Below are positions 48,931 to 61,088 of a stretch of DNA of 64,000 bases, in pieces (positions within the stretch are counted from its first letter, which is position 1; each line of letters begins with the position of its first letter). The stretch is from Mobula hypostoma (taxonomy: Eukaryota), in assembly GCF_963921235.1 (NCBI RefSeq), contig NC_086108.1, forward strand, positions 33,668,001 to 33,732,000, in the 5' to 3' direction. Made by a program: the position numbers and the translations under genes. The notes under the pieces are model-generated. The model was not told the origin of the DNA. It saw only the letters and a list, made by a program, of their open reading frames with translations, and did no database searches.

Positions 48931-50245
48931 TGGAGCAGTACTCCTCCAGTGTTGCCCAAGGAGTTCCATCATTGATTCTGTATGTTAGTGAGCAGAGGTC
49001 AGATTGCTGCACGGGTTTTATTAATTTCCATTTCCTAGGTATACAGGGGTTACACTAGACTTGTGAACCACACCATCAGTGGCATCACTTGTCAAAATAT
49101 TAACACTCGTTGGTTTACCAGTTGCTCAAATACAGCTGGCAAAGTGGACTGCTGCAAAATGAGGTTACCGGCAGGGCTCTGGGTTGCATAGCTTGCTTCC
49201 TATGGCTGCGTATGAACTGGATACAGAGGGCAGAAGATCACTTTCTCTTCTGCGAAGGTGCCAAGTTGACATGAAATGTCCACAAAAGAGCCCACTGTCA
49301 GCGCTATCCTGCACCATGAGGAAGCCTGTATTCCCAGCAAAAAAAAAACTTTCTCCAACTACATCTCCCAGGCAAGAGAATGTTTTGTGGAGGAAACTAA
49401 TCCAATGATCTGGGTTGTGGTGACTGGGATCTCGGCTTGTGTCAGTCTACTTGAGGTCTACACTGCTACGAGTAACCAATAGTACAAGTAAAACATGCAT
49501 TCGCCAGCATTTTTTACGTGCGTTGCTTGAATTTCCAGCATCTGCAAATCTCGTGTTAGCGAAATGTGTGTGATTGCTTATGTAGCTGATAGCTGGAGCA
49601 GAGTTAATCATTAAACACCGTTTTTGTCTGGGAATAAAGAGCACCAATCACCACTAAGATCAAGGTGTCCCAAAACCTTGCAGAGACAAATTACAAATTT
49701 TGCACAATAGTTGATGTCATTTCAGTCTAGAGAATGAAGTAAATATATTGGACTACGCAACAATTTTGCACCACATTTACTGATGACCAGTGTTACCTCT
49801 CCCAGAAAAGCACATAAAATGTTTGTGAAAAATTTGTTTGATTCTTTTGGTGTTGTTCAGATGGATTCTGTGACCATGACAACTCCTGTCATACACCAAA
49901 ACCTGTAACATCCAGCCAAGAACAAATATCGCTTTAAACACCAGTTATTTATAACACCTGTATTCACATCTAAGTGGTAAAATCAAAGAGGATGCTAAGT
50001 ACTGATAGAATAGCTAAATACTGATAGTGTTCGTTGAGTGAAATGAGAGATATCTATTCCAAAAACAAACAAGATGTTGGAGATGATTGATTAGCGGACT
50101 TTATCAGAACAATATTCAACGTTCAGAGTATATTTATTATCTAAGTATTTATACACTATACAGTGAGATTCTTCTCTTTACAGGCAGTCACAAAGAAACT
50201 GAAAAGAACCCATTGTAAAAAAAGTTTGTCAAACATCCAATGTGC

Positions 50246-50556
50246 TACTTGCTGTTAAAGTACAGATGGTGGCCAATAACATATTTCACTTTATGATAAG
50301 GATTTTTTTTTCCTATTTTCTTTCTTTACCAAACAGCTTTGATCTTGGTAGTGGGTTTAGATTTTTTCTATAGAATAAGATTATTACATTTCAATAATAC
50401 AATTTAATTTAATTTACATGAATATAGGGTAATGTGATCACAAGTGAGATTCTAATATAATGTATTTGGTATTATATTATCTTTTTTTTGATTTATAATA
50501 TATCTTCTTGTAATCTGTATTCTTTTATGTAGAAACTAATAAAAATATTGAAAGAG
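50246..50556 (+). mobile_element. L1/Tx1-like AT-rich 3' end with 15-bp TSD, inserted in an antisense Rex-like tail element
   Basis: aaacatccaatgtgc (50231-50245) / aaacacccaatgtgc (50557-50571) flank an AT-rich insert ending aataaaaatattgaaagag. Confidence 0.6.
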
Positions 50557-51499
50557 AAACACCCAATGTGCAGAGAGTGGAAAAAAAACAAATCATGCAA
50601 ACAATAAAAGCAAGCAAGTAGCACTCAGAACTGATGTCCATGAAAGAGTCTGTCTACAGACATGAAGCCACAGCCTCAGTTTAGCACAAGTTAACATCAC
50701 TGAGCAGCGAGCTGAACCAACCTGTCATTCACATGGATCCCTGACTCCCTGACCTTTTCAATTTGGCACAGTGTTTAAGTAGTCATTCAAACATCGGTTT
50801 TATCACTTTGATGTGCTCTGGGTCTTGGATCCCGCCAGCTCAATTCAGCCGGTACCCAACATTTCAAATTTAGCCTGGTGCTTATATTGGTCTAACCTCG
50901 CTCTAAGTGACCGGCCCGTATTCTTGTCTCTGCTGTGCCACATTGAATCTCCAAGTTCAAGGGAAGTTACAGGTTATGGTTTGCAGTGATCGTTTACCAG
51001 AAAAAGTGTGATTTACTCAAACAACTTTGTTCTTAAACAAAATTTTCCTTCTCTTCGTTCTTTCGGAAAAATCAAGAGGTCCTTTGCCAAGTTCTACTTT
51101 GGTTAAAATTGAGAGGTTCTTTCCTCACTTGGCACATCAGCAGAAATATTATTATGATTGTCACATACAATCTTAATGGCCTGGCTGATGGTTTACAGAA
51201 AAAAATGATGGCAGCACATTCTTTGCTGACCACAAATCACAGATTTCCTTCCCACTTCATAAAAAGACAACATTAAAGTCAATATCCACTGTACAAAGAG
51301 AGAGCAGTGTTTTTCACAGAATATTTAATACCCATGGGCTACAAACCGTAACCTGCAACATTTCCTCTTTTTAATGTTTGAAATGACATTAATTATGAGA
51401 GCTAACTATCCTTTTCAAATGGATCTTAGTTCTATTACCCACAGACAATGCTATTCCAATGATCGATTGACTTGCTATTCTTTTTCCACTCTCTGAACT

Positions 51500-51795
51500 A
51501 GAACTCATCCAAATTTTGCTCTCCATATCGTAACTCACACCAAGTCTAGATCACCCATCAACCTTGACTCTGTAGACCTGTATTGGTGCCTGGGCAGATA
51601 ATGCTTATTGATTTTTAATTCTCACAATTTTTAAACTGGTCCATGGCCTCATTCGTCCCCACCACTAATTTACTTTATACCTGTAACCCTTTGAGAACTT
51701 TGTTTTCATCCAAATTTGGCCGCTAAAGTATCCCTCCTTTCCTTTTTATCTCTGTCTCCACCACTGAGATGGGTCACCCCAATAAGCTCTGGAAT
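51500..51795 (+). mobile_element. Old L2 LINE fragment
   Basis: Remnants LIQ...VTHTKSRSPI..DLYW...LVHGL match the L2 ORF2 C-terminal ITP.L..LHWLP motif. Confidence 0.55.
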
Positions 51796-52239
51796 AGCAA
51801 ACAGAATGCTGGAAACATTCAGCAGGTCATGAAGCATTGGTGGAAATACAAAAAGAGTTAGTTAGTTTCATGTCAAATATGCTGCTGAACCTGTTGAGTG
51901 TTTCTGTTATTATGTCAGATTTCCAAAATCCACCTTCCTTTGGATTTTCATCAGATGCTCACGAAGTCCTTCAATAAAAGTATTCCTGCCCCCATCTTTC
52001 TTCTTTTGGATGTTTCTTGAGTCCTGCCATATTGGCAAAAGATTTTGTCACAGATCCTAAAGTTATCTTCTCTGGTTCTAGGTAACTTTGATTATGCTGC
52101 TTGTTAAGATTTTTTTTTACAATACAAGATGTACCACGTAGGGAATTTATTGTGTTGTTCCTCATGTTTCCTGAAGACAATGATGCTATTCAGGCTACAG
52201 AGTCTCTGCTGACTCAGAACAATTTCATCAGCTCATTCC

Positions 52240-52735
52240 CTCACCAACCATCATGTAATCCTTTCTCTTACATGCCTACTAACATTTTATTTTCTTGCAC
52301 AGGCAATTTACAGCAGCTAATCACCTTACCAACCAAATCATCTTTGGGATGTTGAAGAAAACCAGAGAAACCGCGTATCAAAGTTCAAAGTACATTTATT
52401 ATCAAAGTATGTACGCACTATACAGCCTTGAGATTGGTCTCCGGACAGGCACCCACAAATCAAAGCAACCACAAGTCAACTCATGAGAAAAAGACTGTCA
52501 AAGACCCAATGTGCGGTGGAGGGGGTGGGGGTGGGGGGACAAATTATGCAAGTAAAAGTAAGCAAGTAGCATTCAGAACAAAAATGAGTCCATAGACGTG
52601 AAGCCGGAGCAGGCGCGTTCCCCTATGGACACAGGGGTAATGTATAAACTCCACGTGAGCAGTAGCGAAGATCAAGATTGAACCCAGATCACTGGACTGC
52701 AATGCAACAGCTCTACTAGCTGCATCACCAGAAAT
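52240..52735 (-). mobile_element. tRNA-derived SINE split by a Rex-like tail insertion (about 52378-52615)
   Basis: B-box-like GGTTCAATC on the minus strand near 52680; the insert begins tcaaagttcaaagtacatttatt. Confidence 0.55.
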
Positions 52736-54276
52736 TCATAGCAAATAATTCATTACAATGAAAAAAAGTAAAGAATATTGACTTTTTTTAAAATTTTGGA
52801 TGAGACAAAGAAGTTACCTTTGATACTAACTGTACTGCCCTCACTGAGGTGTGGCAACATCAACTAGACAGTCAGCCAAATACCATTCAAAAATGACATG
52901 TCAGGATATATACTCCTAGCTCCGTAAGTTTTATTGCAGACTCAATAGAATGACATAGTGAATAAGTAGTGAAAAAGCAGTGCTTCAGCTGAGGAATCGA
53001 CAGGATAGCTTGAGATAGAAGCTTCTTTCGCTCCTAATATAAACCTCTGGCCTTCTGCCAGCCAATGCACTTTCCTACTTAATACTTCCCGACTGCTCAG
53101 GAAATGACCTAATACAGATCTGAAATTTCTCATTTCAAAATAAAAACTGAATGTGCTGAATTACATAGTTAAAAACAAACTAATTGTCCGAAGGGCAGAA
53201 CACTTACTCATCTCAGAGGTTAATATCATATCCCATAATGACAGTGCCACTCTAATGAATAACAATATTTTATCAACAGTATATCAACATATCCAACACT
53301 ACAAATACTTCTAATTTTTAATGTATGCAGTAAATGCATTATGGTAAACTTCTCAAAGAATTGCAAACTTAATCAACTGTTCTGTTTTCATTTGGTGCTC
53401 CCTGTAATTTGCCCGAGTGTTTTTCCTGCAGTCTGCTAATGATTAGAGTCCACATTCTTGTGGAAAGAAACTGGCTGAAACTTCCAATATGGGCAAAATT
53501 GAAGGCAGCAAGTAAATCAGCATATACTTTTGCAAAGTAGAAATGTCTCTTTAAGAATTCGTTTTGCTGCTGGCTTTGGTGGCATTTTATTGCTGTTTTT
53601 GGCAGAACCCTTCATGTTACATAAATAACAGCTGCCTTTATACGCAGAGCACAATAGGAAATTAAAAAAGATAGACATAAAACAATTTTGCAAAAAATAA
53701 CATTTATTAATAAGTGGCTGAAGAACAAGCAGATAACCCACCCTCCCTGATAAGATTAGCAGACTGTCCAGTCTCATTTTGTTTTGAAGCACATTACACC
53801 TACCACATGCCCTATAAGACCATAAGACAGAGGAGCAGAATCAGGCCATTCAGCCCATTGAGTCTGCTCCACTGTTCCATCACGGCAGATCCCGGATCCC
53901 ATTCAACCCCACACACACCTGCTTTCTTGCCATATCCTTTGATGCCCTGACCAATCAGGAAACTATCATCTTCCGCCTTAAATATTCTCAGACCTGGCGA
54001 CCACCGCAGACTGTGGCAGAGCATTCCACAGATTCACTACTCTTTTGGCTTAAAAAAAATCCTTACCTCTGTTCTAAAAGGTCACCACTCAATTTTGAGG
54101 CTGTGCCCTCTAGTTTAGGATATCCCCACCATAGGAGACATTCTCTCTACATCCACCTTATCTAGTCCCTTCAATATTCAAACACGAGGAAATCTGCAGA
54201 TGCTGGAATTTCAAGCAACACACATAAAAGTTGTCGGTGAACACAGCAGGCCAGGCAGCATCTCCAGGAAGAGGTA

Positions 54277-54314
54277 CAGTCGACGTTTCGGGCCGAGATC
54301 CTTCGTCAGGACTA
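54277..54314 (-). ncRNA. Minimal type I hammerhead ribozyme motif (Penelope pseudo-LTR)
   Basis: RNA reads UAGUC-CUGACGA-A-GGAUCUCGGCCC-GAAA-CG-UC/GACUG: CUGANGA and GAAA core, stem I UAGUC/GACUG, short stem II, minimal stem III, GUC cleavage triplet. Confidence 0.8.
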
Positions 54315-55150
54315 ACTGAAAGAAGAGCTAGTAAGAGATTTGAAAGTGGGAGGGGGAGGGGGAGATCCAAAATGATAGGAGAAGACAGGAGGGGGAGGGA
54401 TGGAGCCAAGAGCTGGATAGATGATTGGCAAAAGGGATATGAGAGGATCATGGGACGGGAGGCCTAGGGAGAAAGAAAGGGGGAGGGGTGACACACATGC
54501 CCTTACACTTCCTCCTTCACTACTTTTCAGGGCCCCAGACAGTCCTTCCAAGTGAGGCGACACTTCACCCGTGAGTTGGCTGGGGTGATATACTGCATCC
54601 GGTGCTCCCGATGCAGCCTTCTATATATTGGCGAGACCCGGTGCAGACTGGGAGACCGTTTCACTGAACACCTACGCTCTGTCTACCAGAGAAAGCAGGA
54701 TCTCCCAGTGGCCACACATTTTAATTCCACGTCCCATTCCCATTCTGACATGTCTATACATGGTCTCCTCTACCGTCACACTCAGGTTGGAGGAACAACA
54801 CCTTTTATTTCGTCTGGGTACCCTCCAACCTGATGGCATGAACATTGACTACTCTAAATTCCGTTAATGCCCCTCCTCCCCCTCGTACCCAATCCGTTAT
54901 TTATTTATTATTTATTATATTCTTTTTCTCGCTTCTTTTTCTCCTTCTGTCCCTTTCACTATACTCCTTGCCCAACCTCTGGGTCCCCCCCCCTTCTTTC
55001 TCCCCGGACCTCCTGTCCCATGATCCTCTCATATCCCCTTTGCCAATCACCTGTCCAGCTCTTGGCTCCATCCCTCCCCCTCCTGTCCTCTCCTATCATT
55101 TTGGATCTCCCCCTCCCACTTTCAAATCTCTTACTAGCTCTTCTTTCAGT

Positions 55151-55188
55151 TAGTCCCAACGAAGGGTCTCGGCCCGAAATGTCGACTG
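55151..55188 (+). ncRNA. Hammerhead motif with mutated core (probably inactive)
   Basis: TAGTC-CCAACGA-AGGGTCTCGGCCC-GAAA-TGTC-GACTG; CUGA has become CCAA. Confidence 0.6.
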
Positions 55189-57084
55189 TACCTCTTCCTA
55201 GAGATGCTGCCTGGCCTGCTGCATTCACCAGCAACTTTTATGTGTGTTGCTTTCAATATTCAGTAGGTTTCAATGAAATTCTTCCAAATTCCAACGAGTA
55301 CAGGTCCAAAGCTGTCGAACGCTCATGTAAACTCCTTCATTCCTGCAATCATCCTTGTGAACCTCCTCTGGATTCTCTCCAATAACAACATCCTTTCTGA
55401 GATATGGGGCCCAAAGCTGTTGACAATACTCCAAGTGCAGCCTAACTAGTGTCTTATAAAGGCTGAGCATTATCTCCTTGCTTTAATATTCTATTCCCCT
55501 TGAAATAAATGCCAACATTGCATGTACCTTCTTTACCACAGACTCCACCTGTAATTTAACCTTTTGGGAGTCTTGCACAAGGACTCCCAAGTCCCTCTCT
55601 ACACTTCTAATGTTTGAACCTTCTCCGCATCTGGATAACAGTCTGCATTTTTGTTCGTTTTACAAAAGTGCATTATCATACATTTCCCAACACTATTCCA
55701 TTTGCCACTTTGTCCATTCTTCCAATTTGTCTAAGTGCTGCTGCAATCACACTGCTGCCTCAGCATTACCTACCCCTCCGCCTATCTTCATATCATCCAC
55801 AAACTTTGCACAAAGCCATGAATTCCATTGTTCATATCACAGACAATGTGAAAATTAGCAGTCTCAATACTGTCCACTGCTCACTGGCAGCCAAGCAGAA
55901 AAGGCCCTCTTTATTCCCACTCACTGCATCCTGCCTGTCAGCCATTCCACTATCCATGTCTTTCCTGTAATATCATAGGATTTTCTCTTGTTAGGCAGCT
56001 TTATGTGGCACCTTACCAAATGCCTTTGAAAATCCAAGTAAATTACATCCACTGCCTCTCCTTTGTCCACCCTGTGGTAATTTCTTCAAAGAACTAACAA
56101 ATTCATCAGGCAAGATTTTCCTTTACAGAAACCACGCTGACTGACTTATTTCATCATTAGTTTCCAAGTATTCCAAAATCCTTAATAAACTCAAACACTT
56201 TTCCAATCACTGATGTTAGGCTAGCTGGCCTATAATTTCCTTTCTTTTGCTTTCCTCCCCTCTTAAAGAGTGGAGTGACATTTGTGGTTTTCCAGTCCTC
56301 CGAAACCATGCCAGATTCAAATGATTCTTGAAAGATCAGAACCAATGCATCCATCAACTCTTCAGCAACATCTCTCAGGACTCTGGAATGTAGTCCATTT
56401 GGTCCAGGTGACTTATCCACCTTAAGTTTGAGTTTGCCTAGCACTTTTTCCTTTGTAAAAGCAAAGTCACTCACTCTTGCTCCCTGACACTCATGGACCT
56501 CTGGAACACTGCTCATGTCTTCCACGATGAAGACCAATGCAAAGTATTCATTACGTTAAACTGCCACTTCTTTGTCCCCCATTACTACCCCACCAGCATC
56601 ATTTTCCAGTGGTCCAATATCAAATCTCACCTCCCTTTTACTCAATATAACTGGAAAAAAAAACTTTTAGCATCCTGCATTATATTATTGGCTAGTTTTC
56701 CCTCACATTTGTCTTATAAACTGAGCCAGAATAACATTTTACAAGACATTACCAGCAGTAATCTTCGCCACTACTGGATTTGTGGGCAGACCCAATGATA
56801 AATTTTGCCTGATTATATTCTTTTCCCCAAATTTGAGAATGCCAAGGGATTCCTCTCTACCTTGCCCCAAATCTCTACCCCAGATAAATCCACGGTTAAA
56901 AATCGGTATCTGATTTCCAATTATCTATGCATTGGAGACCTAACAAAATAAGATTCAATCTCTTCAACGTGGTCACTAATCACACCCCCATGTTATCCAG
57001 TCAAGGGCCAATATACTGCTCCTCCCAAGACCCAAAAATGACATGATAGACCAACACCTTTTGATCTGTTCTTTGTTCAAGGAC

Positions 57085-57345
57085 AATGGTGCAGCTAGCA
57101 GAACTCCTCCCTCAATTTTAGTGATGCAGGATTGATCTGAGTCTTTGGCACAGTCTGTGTGGAGTTTGCATGTTCTCCCTGCGAATGCACACGTTTCCAC
57201 AGTGTGCTCCAGTTTCCTTCCACATCCCAAAGACAACGGCGAGTTGGCAAGTTAAATGGCCACTGTAAATGGTGTGAAGTAGGGGGATGAAATCTGAGGG
57301 AATTGTTGAGAACATGGTGTAGGGTGAATAAAGTGTGATTAGTGT
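57085..57345 (+). mobile_element. Degenerate tRNA-derived SINE
   Basis: gtctgtgtggagtttgcatgttctccctgcg...gctccagtttccttccacatcccaaagac central SINE domain. Confidence 0.7.
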
Positions 57346-57994
57346 AAACTGGGGGTGGACTTAGATCATAGGACTTGATCTGTATGAATATGAGATCTTT
57401 CAAGACCAAAGCATAAGCTTGGCATACCACTCAAAGGAAGGATCTGTGCTTTAGGTTGAGGGCCTCGATAAAATACCAGCGTTCAGAAGGACTGTGTGGT
57501 TGACTTGAACTGATACAATTCTTATGCGTCATTTTCGTTTTCTTGTGCCATGTTAAGGTAATTGCCAACCAACTGTAACTTGAGAAGAAGTGATCAAATG
57601 AGGAGCAAGCTTTAAGGCGGGAAGTTTCAGTTATCAGTCAGACCAAACTTAATCAAATTAACACCTTAAAGTCAAGTGCAGCATACTTCTAGCATTTAAC
57701 TACAAGTCTTGACTTTCTGGTGGTCTGTTCCAATTGCCTCTCATTGCTGGAGAACCTCCTGCTTTACTCAAGATTCAGTCCATCTCTCCTCCTTTCCACT
57801 TCCTCCACTGTGTCCTCCAACAGTGCATGGGTAAAAACAAGGAACCCATTCTCCACCCTGATTAACCATTCAATCCATTTTTATCAGGCTAATTTCAGTT
57901 CTCAGATGGCTCCCAGCTGCTGGTGTGGCTCAGTTTCAGCTCTTTTTGTAAAGCAGCTTTGGGCAGAAAGGGGAGCTAGGGGTCAGGTTAGGGT

Positions 57995-58650
57995 TTACAG
58001 GCAGAATGTGGAGGAATTTGAGACCAAGTCCACTTCGATTTAAAGGCTAGCGGTGCGGATGTTGGATATTTGTGCACGGAGCTGGGATGTCCAATGGATG
58101 TTATGCTGGCAGACTAATGCAGATGAGGGCGGGTGCCCAGCTGGGTCAGAGCATTTTACAGTTGGAATTCTGTGTAGGCAAGAAGATTGTGGTCCGCTGA
58201 CTCTCTGAGTTCATGAATTATTGAGACTGGTGATTGAGGCCTGGTGTTCAATGATTGGCAGGTCCTGGGTTTGATGCTGAAGATTAAGGTCAAAGGGTCA
58301 AATTGGATGTCTGGAAGTTGAGGCCTGTTGGTGGATCCCAGAATCTGCAAATCTCTGAGTCTGCTGGGGTAGTCAAAGCCCCAATGTTTGCGGGTCTGCT
58401 GGAGAATGGAAGCCAAAGAAGATGACCTGCCCTGGGGTTAGAGGACTGTGTACGTGCATGGGTGTGAAGGAGAAACCGAGCTAGTTTTGCAGTTGTTTTG
58501 TTGATTGCTGCATTCTACTGAGCATTATGTACAAGTTGTTTTGGTGCCAGAATGTATGGCGACACTTTGACTGCCCTCAGTACACACTCCATTGTGTTGG
58601 TTGTTAAGACAAATGACACATTTCATGTTATTTTTCAATGTACATGCGAT
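57995..58650 (+). mobile_element. Non-autonomous retroelement with Rex-like tail
   Basis: Ends tttcaatgtacatgcgataaacaaacttgaaccttg, like other Rex-type tails in the window; no ORF. Confidence 0.45.
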
Positions 58651-58859
58651 AAACAAACTTGAACCTTGCAGAATGACTCCCGGTGTGCGGCCACTTCACA
58701 TCGCACTTCAACTTTAGGAGTGCAGGTTAGCATTAATTAGTATCAAGTAAGATTAAGCCCCTTTGTAACTGGCAAGTGGCTAAAAGTTAGCACATCAGCT
58801 GCATTCCAATGATGTGGAATGGAGAGATTCTGCCCGCTAATTTGTAGTTTACTGTATTG

Positions 58860-58938
58860 CTGGGGTTCCCAATTTGGGGTCCATGGACACTTTGCTTAGT
58901 GGTATTGGTCCATGGCATAAAAGATGTTGGGAGCCTCT
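58860..58938 (-). mobile_element. Second copy of the 79-bp hAT-type MITE
   Basis: ctggggttcccaatttggggtccatggac...catggcataaaagatgttgggagcctct is the diverged reverse complement of 1425-1503. Confidence 0.65.
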
Positions 58939-61088
58939 ATACTATGGTATATCCAAGATAAATGCATTGGACTCTTCGATGAATTTTTCATGGACACAGA
59001 ATTGATTGCAGTAGCTTTTAGCTTCTGACCCTCAGTGAGATTGTCCTTAAAAACTTGAGGATCTGAAGCTAAAGGCTAATGACCTTAGGAACACATGGGA
59101 AGATTGTGCTGATGTCTTGCATGCCCGGCACTCTGGGCATACGTGGTGAGTAAGACTCATTAATGGATTACTGTCTGAACACAACCATTAAGAGCGTTGG
59201 TTTTAAATTGGACATGAAACAGCAATAATTCTGACAAGTAGATTTTGGAGAATTGTGTTCATTCCTTATTTCTATTTCATGAACAAGGCAAGGCTGGAGA
59301 TGTGATACAGCTGCAGGAACAAGTAGGATTTAAGTTTTGTTCATTATTAAGCTATTCTTGTGTAATGGGTGAAATTACAATTAACATTCATTTATCCCAA
59401 CTATTAACTTTATTGTTAAGAATTAATGGAGACAGAAAATGAAATGAATACTTAGGCGTTAAAATTATTTCATCAAAATGTTTATATTACAAATAAAAAA
59501 CACACTCATTCTGGGGTCGGGGGAGCAGACACTTTCAGTTTAACCAGTATTTAAGAAATCAGAAATAGGGACCTTGAAACTCTGACCTTCCATCAGTTAT
59601 AGTTCTTTTTCAGCTGATAATTATAGTGATATAAGTGCCCCAAATACTATATAATTCTACAGATGCAACTTGAAGTACACGGTTTGCTAGCTAATAGTAC
59701 ATCAGCAGAACCATGCTGGCTTTGGAAGTTTAGAAGAAATGCTCCCCTGGGTAACAATAATCAGTATAAGGCAGTAAAACAGTAAGTGAGTAATTCCACA
59801 GGAGCAAGCTGGAGCCAAACATCAAAAAAGCACAAACTCATGAAGCATATCTTAGTCCTCATTTCACATACCTTAGCAAATTGAGGAAGGAATATCGTGA
59901 TAATCTTAATTTCCCTCCAAAAGAAATCAAACACTTCCAAATCAAATCAGCATAATAATCCTCAAACTCTAATCAGTACATTAAAACATCCAGCATCATG
60001 CTCCTAAATGGCAGAGTCCAGGTCTGAGGGAAAAGTAGTTTAACATCTTGGGTTTTTGTGGACAGAAGAGTTCATTAACGTAATTCCTTTGCTTGTCTGT
60101 TGCTTTCATCCAATGAAATCCTGCACAGATAATAATACAATCAAATCATTGGCTGCAGGCTTGAAATGGTTGAAGTACTTGCCTTAGCAATGATTAAATA
60201 TAGACTGCACTTCAGGATTGTAAAGCTTAAACAGGAAACTCATCAGCAACTTTACTGAAAAGTTTTCAAAGACTGAGATGAAAGTTGTGAAGCTTATCAA
60301 GGTCATACTTTGGAGTAAGTTATGGCTGTTCATACAATGCAGAAATTGAAGAACTTCCTTAACCCTTTAATTGCCTTCATTTTACTGGGGCTCTTGACTT
60401 CACATGCTCTTCAGAATTCCTAACTTCAACCTTTAAGAATCTTTCCTTGGATTAATATTTGCCACTGAGCATTCATCCTCGAGAACTGCAGTCTGTAAAC
60501 CACAGCTTTCTGCCTGTGTACAAAGGCTGCCAGGAAATCCAGACATTCTTAATTATACATATAGTTATCCATGCATGATATATCCCATGCTGGTTGAAGT
60601 CGCAGTTATTTATGAGAGCAGTGCCCTATGACAGAGTGGATTGCAGCAATACTGCTTGGATATGGATGTAAAAAGATCTCTGTTTAGTTTGACTAAAATT
60701 GTTTCTATTTCCTTCTTCACATCCGCAGCTCTTGGAAAGTTGGGCAGCTGTGGCGAATGAATGATAAATACACAGCTCACGATCCAACATGCGTCCGAAG
60801 GGACATCTGACTCAATCTTAAAAGGAAAACAGTAAGAGCAAGCATGTAGGCCACTTTCCAATCTTGTTGTTTCTTTTTAAGAGCAGCACAACTAGCAGCA
60901 GAGTTGGTAATGAATCACAAATCTATTCTAATTGGCAAAGAAAGAAGTAGAGTAAGGAGATTTTCTTTTCAATGGTAATGGTCTGAAACCCATTGTTAGG
61001 AAAATAATGGAAGCAGATTTATTGGAACATTATAAAGGAGAATAGGATAAATAAGTGGAAAGAAGAAAAATGGCAGAGCTATGGGACG

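Larger units (their letters stand above)
54181..55251 (+). mobile_element. Young Penelope-like element: inverted pseudo-LTR + GIY-YIG endonuclease region + pseudo-LTR, 11-bp duplication
   Basis: ORF 54552-54833 GVIYCIRCSRCSLLYIGETRCRLGDRFTEHL...PVATHFN; 54203-54490 is the reverse complement of about 54985-55251; ttcaatattca at 54170-54180 and 55252-55262. Confidence 0.93.
53814..56720 (-). mobile_element. 5'-truncated CR1 LINE interrupted by a Penelope-like insertion
   Basis: KSPGPNGLH...NYRPASLTSVIGK (56157-56537), HLEYCQQLWAP (55270-55470), tail ataagaccataagac at 53814. Confidence 0.9.
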
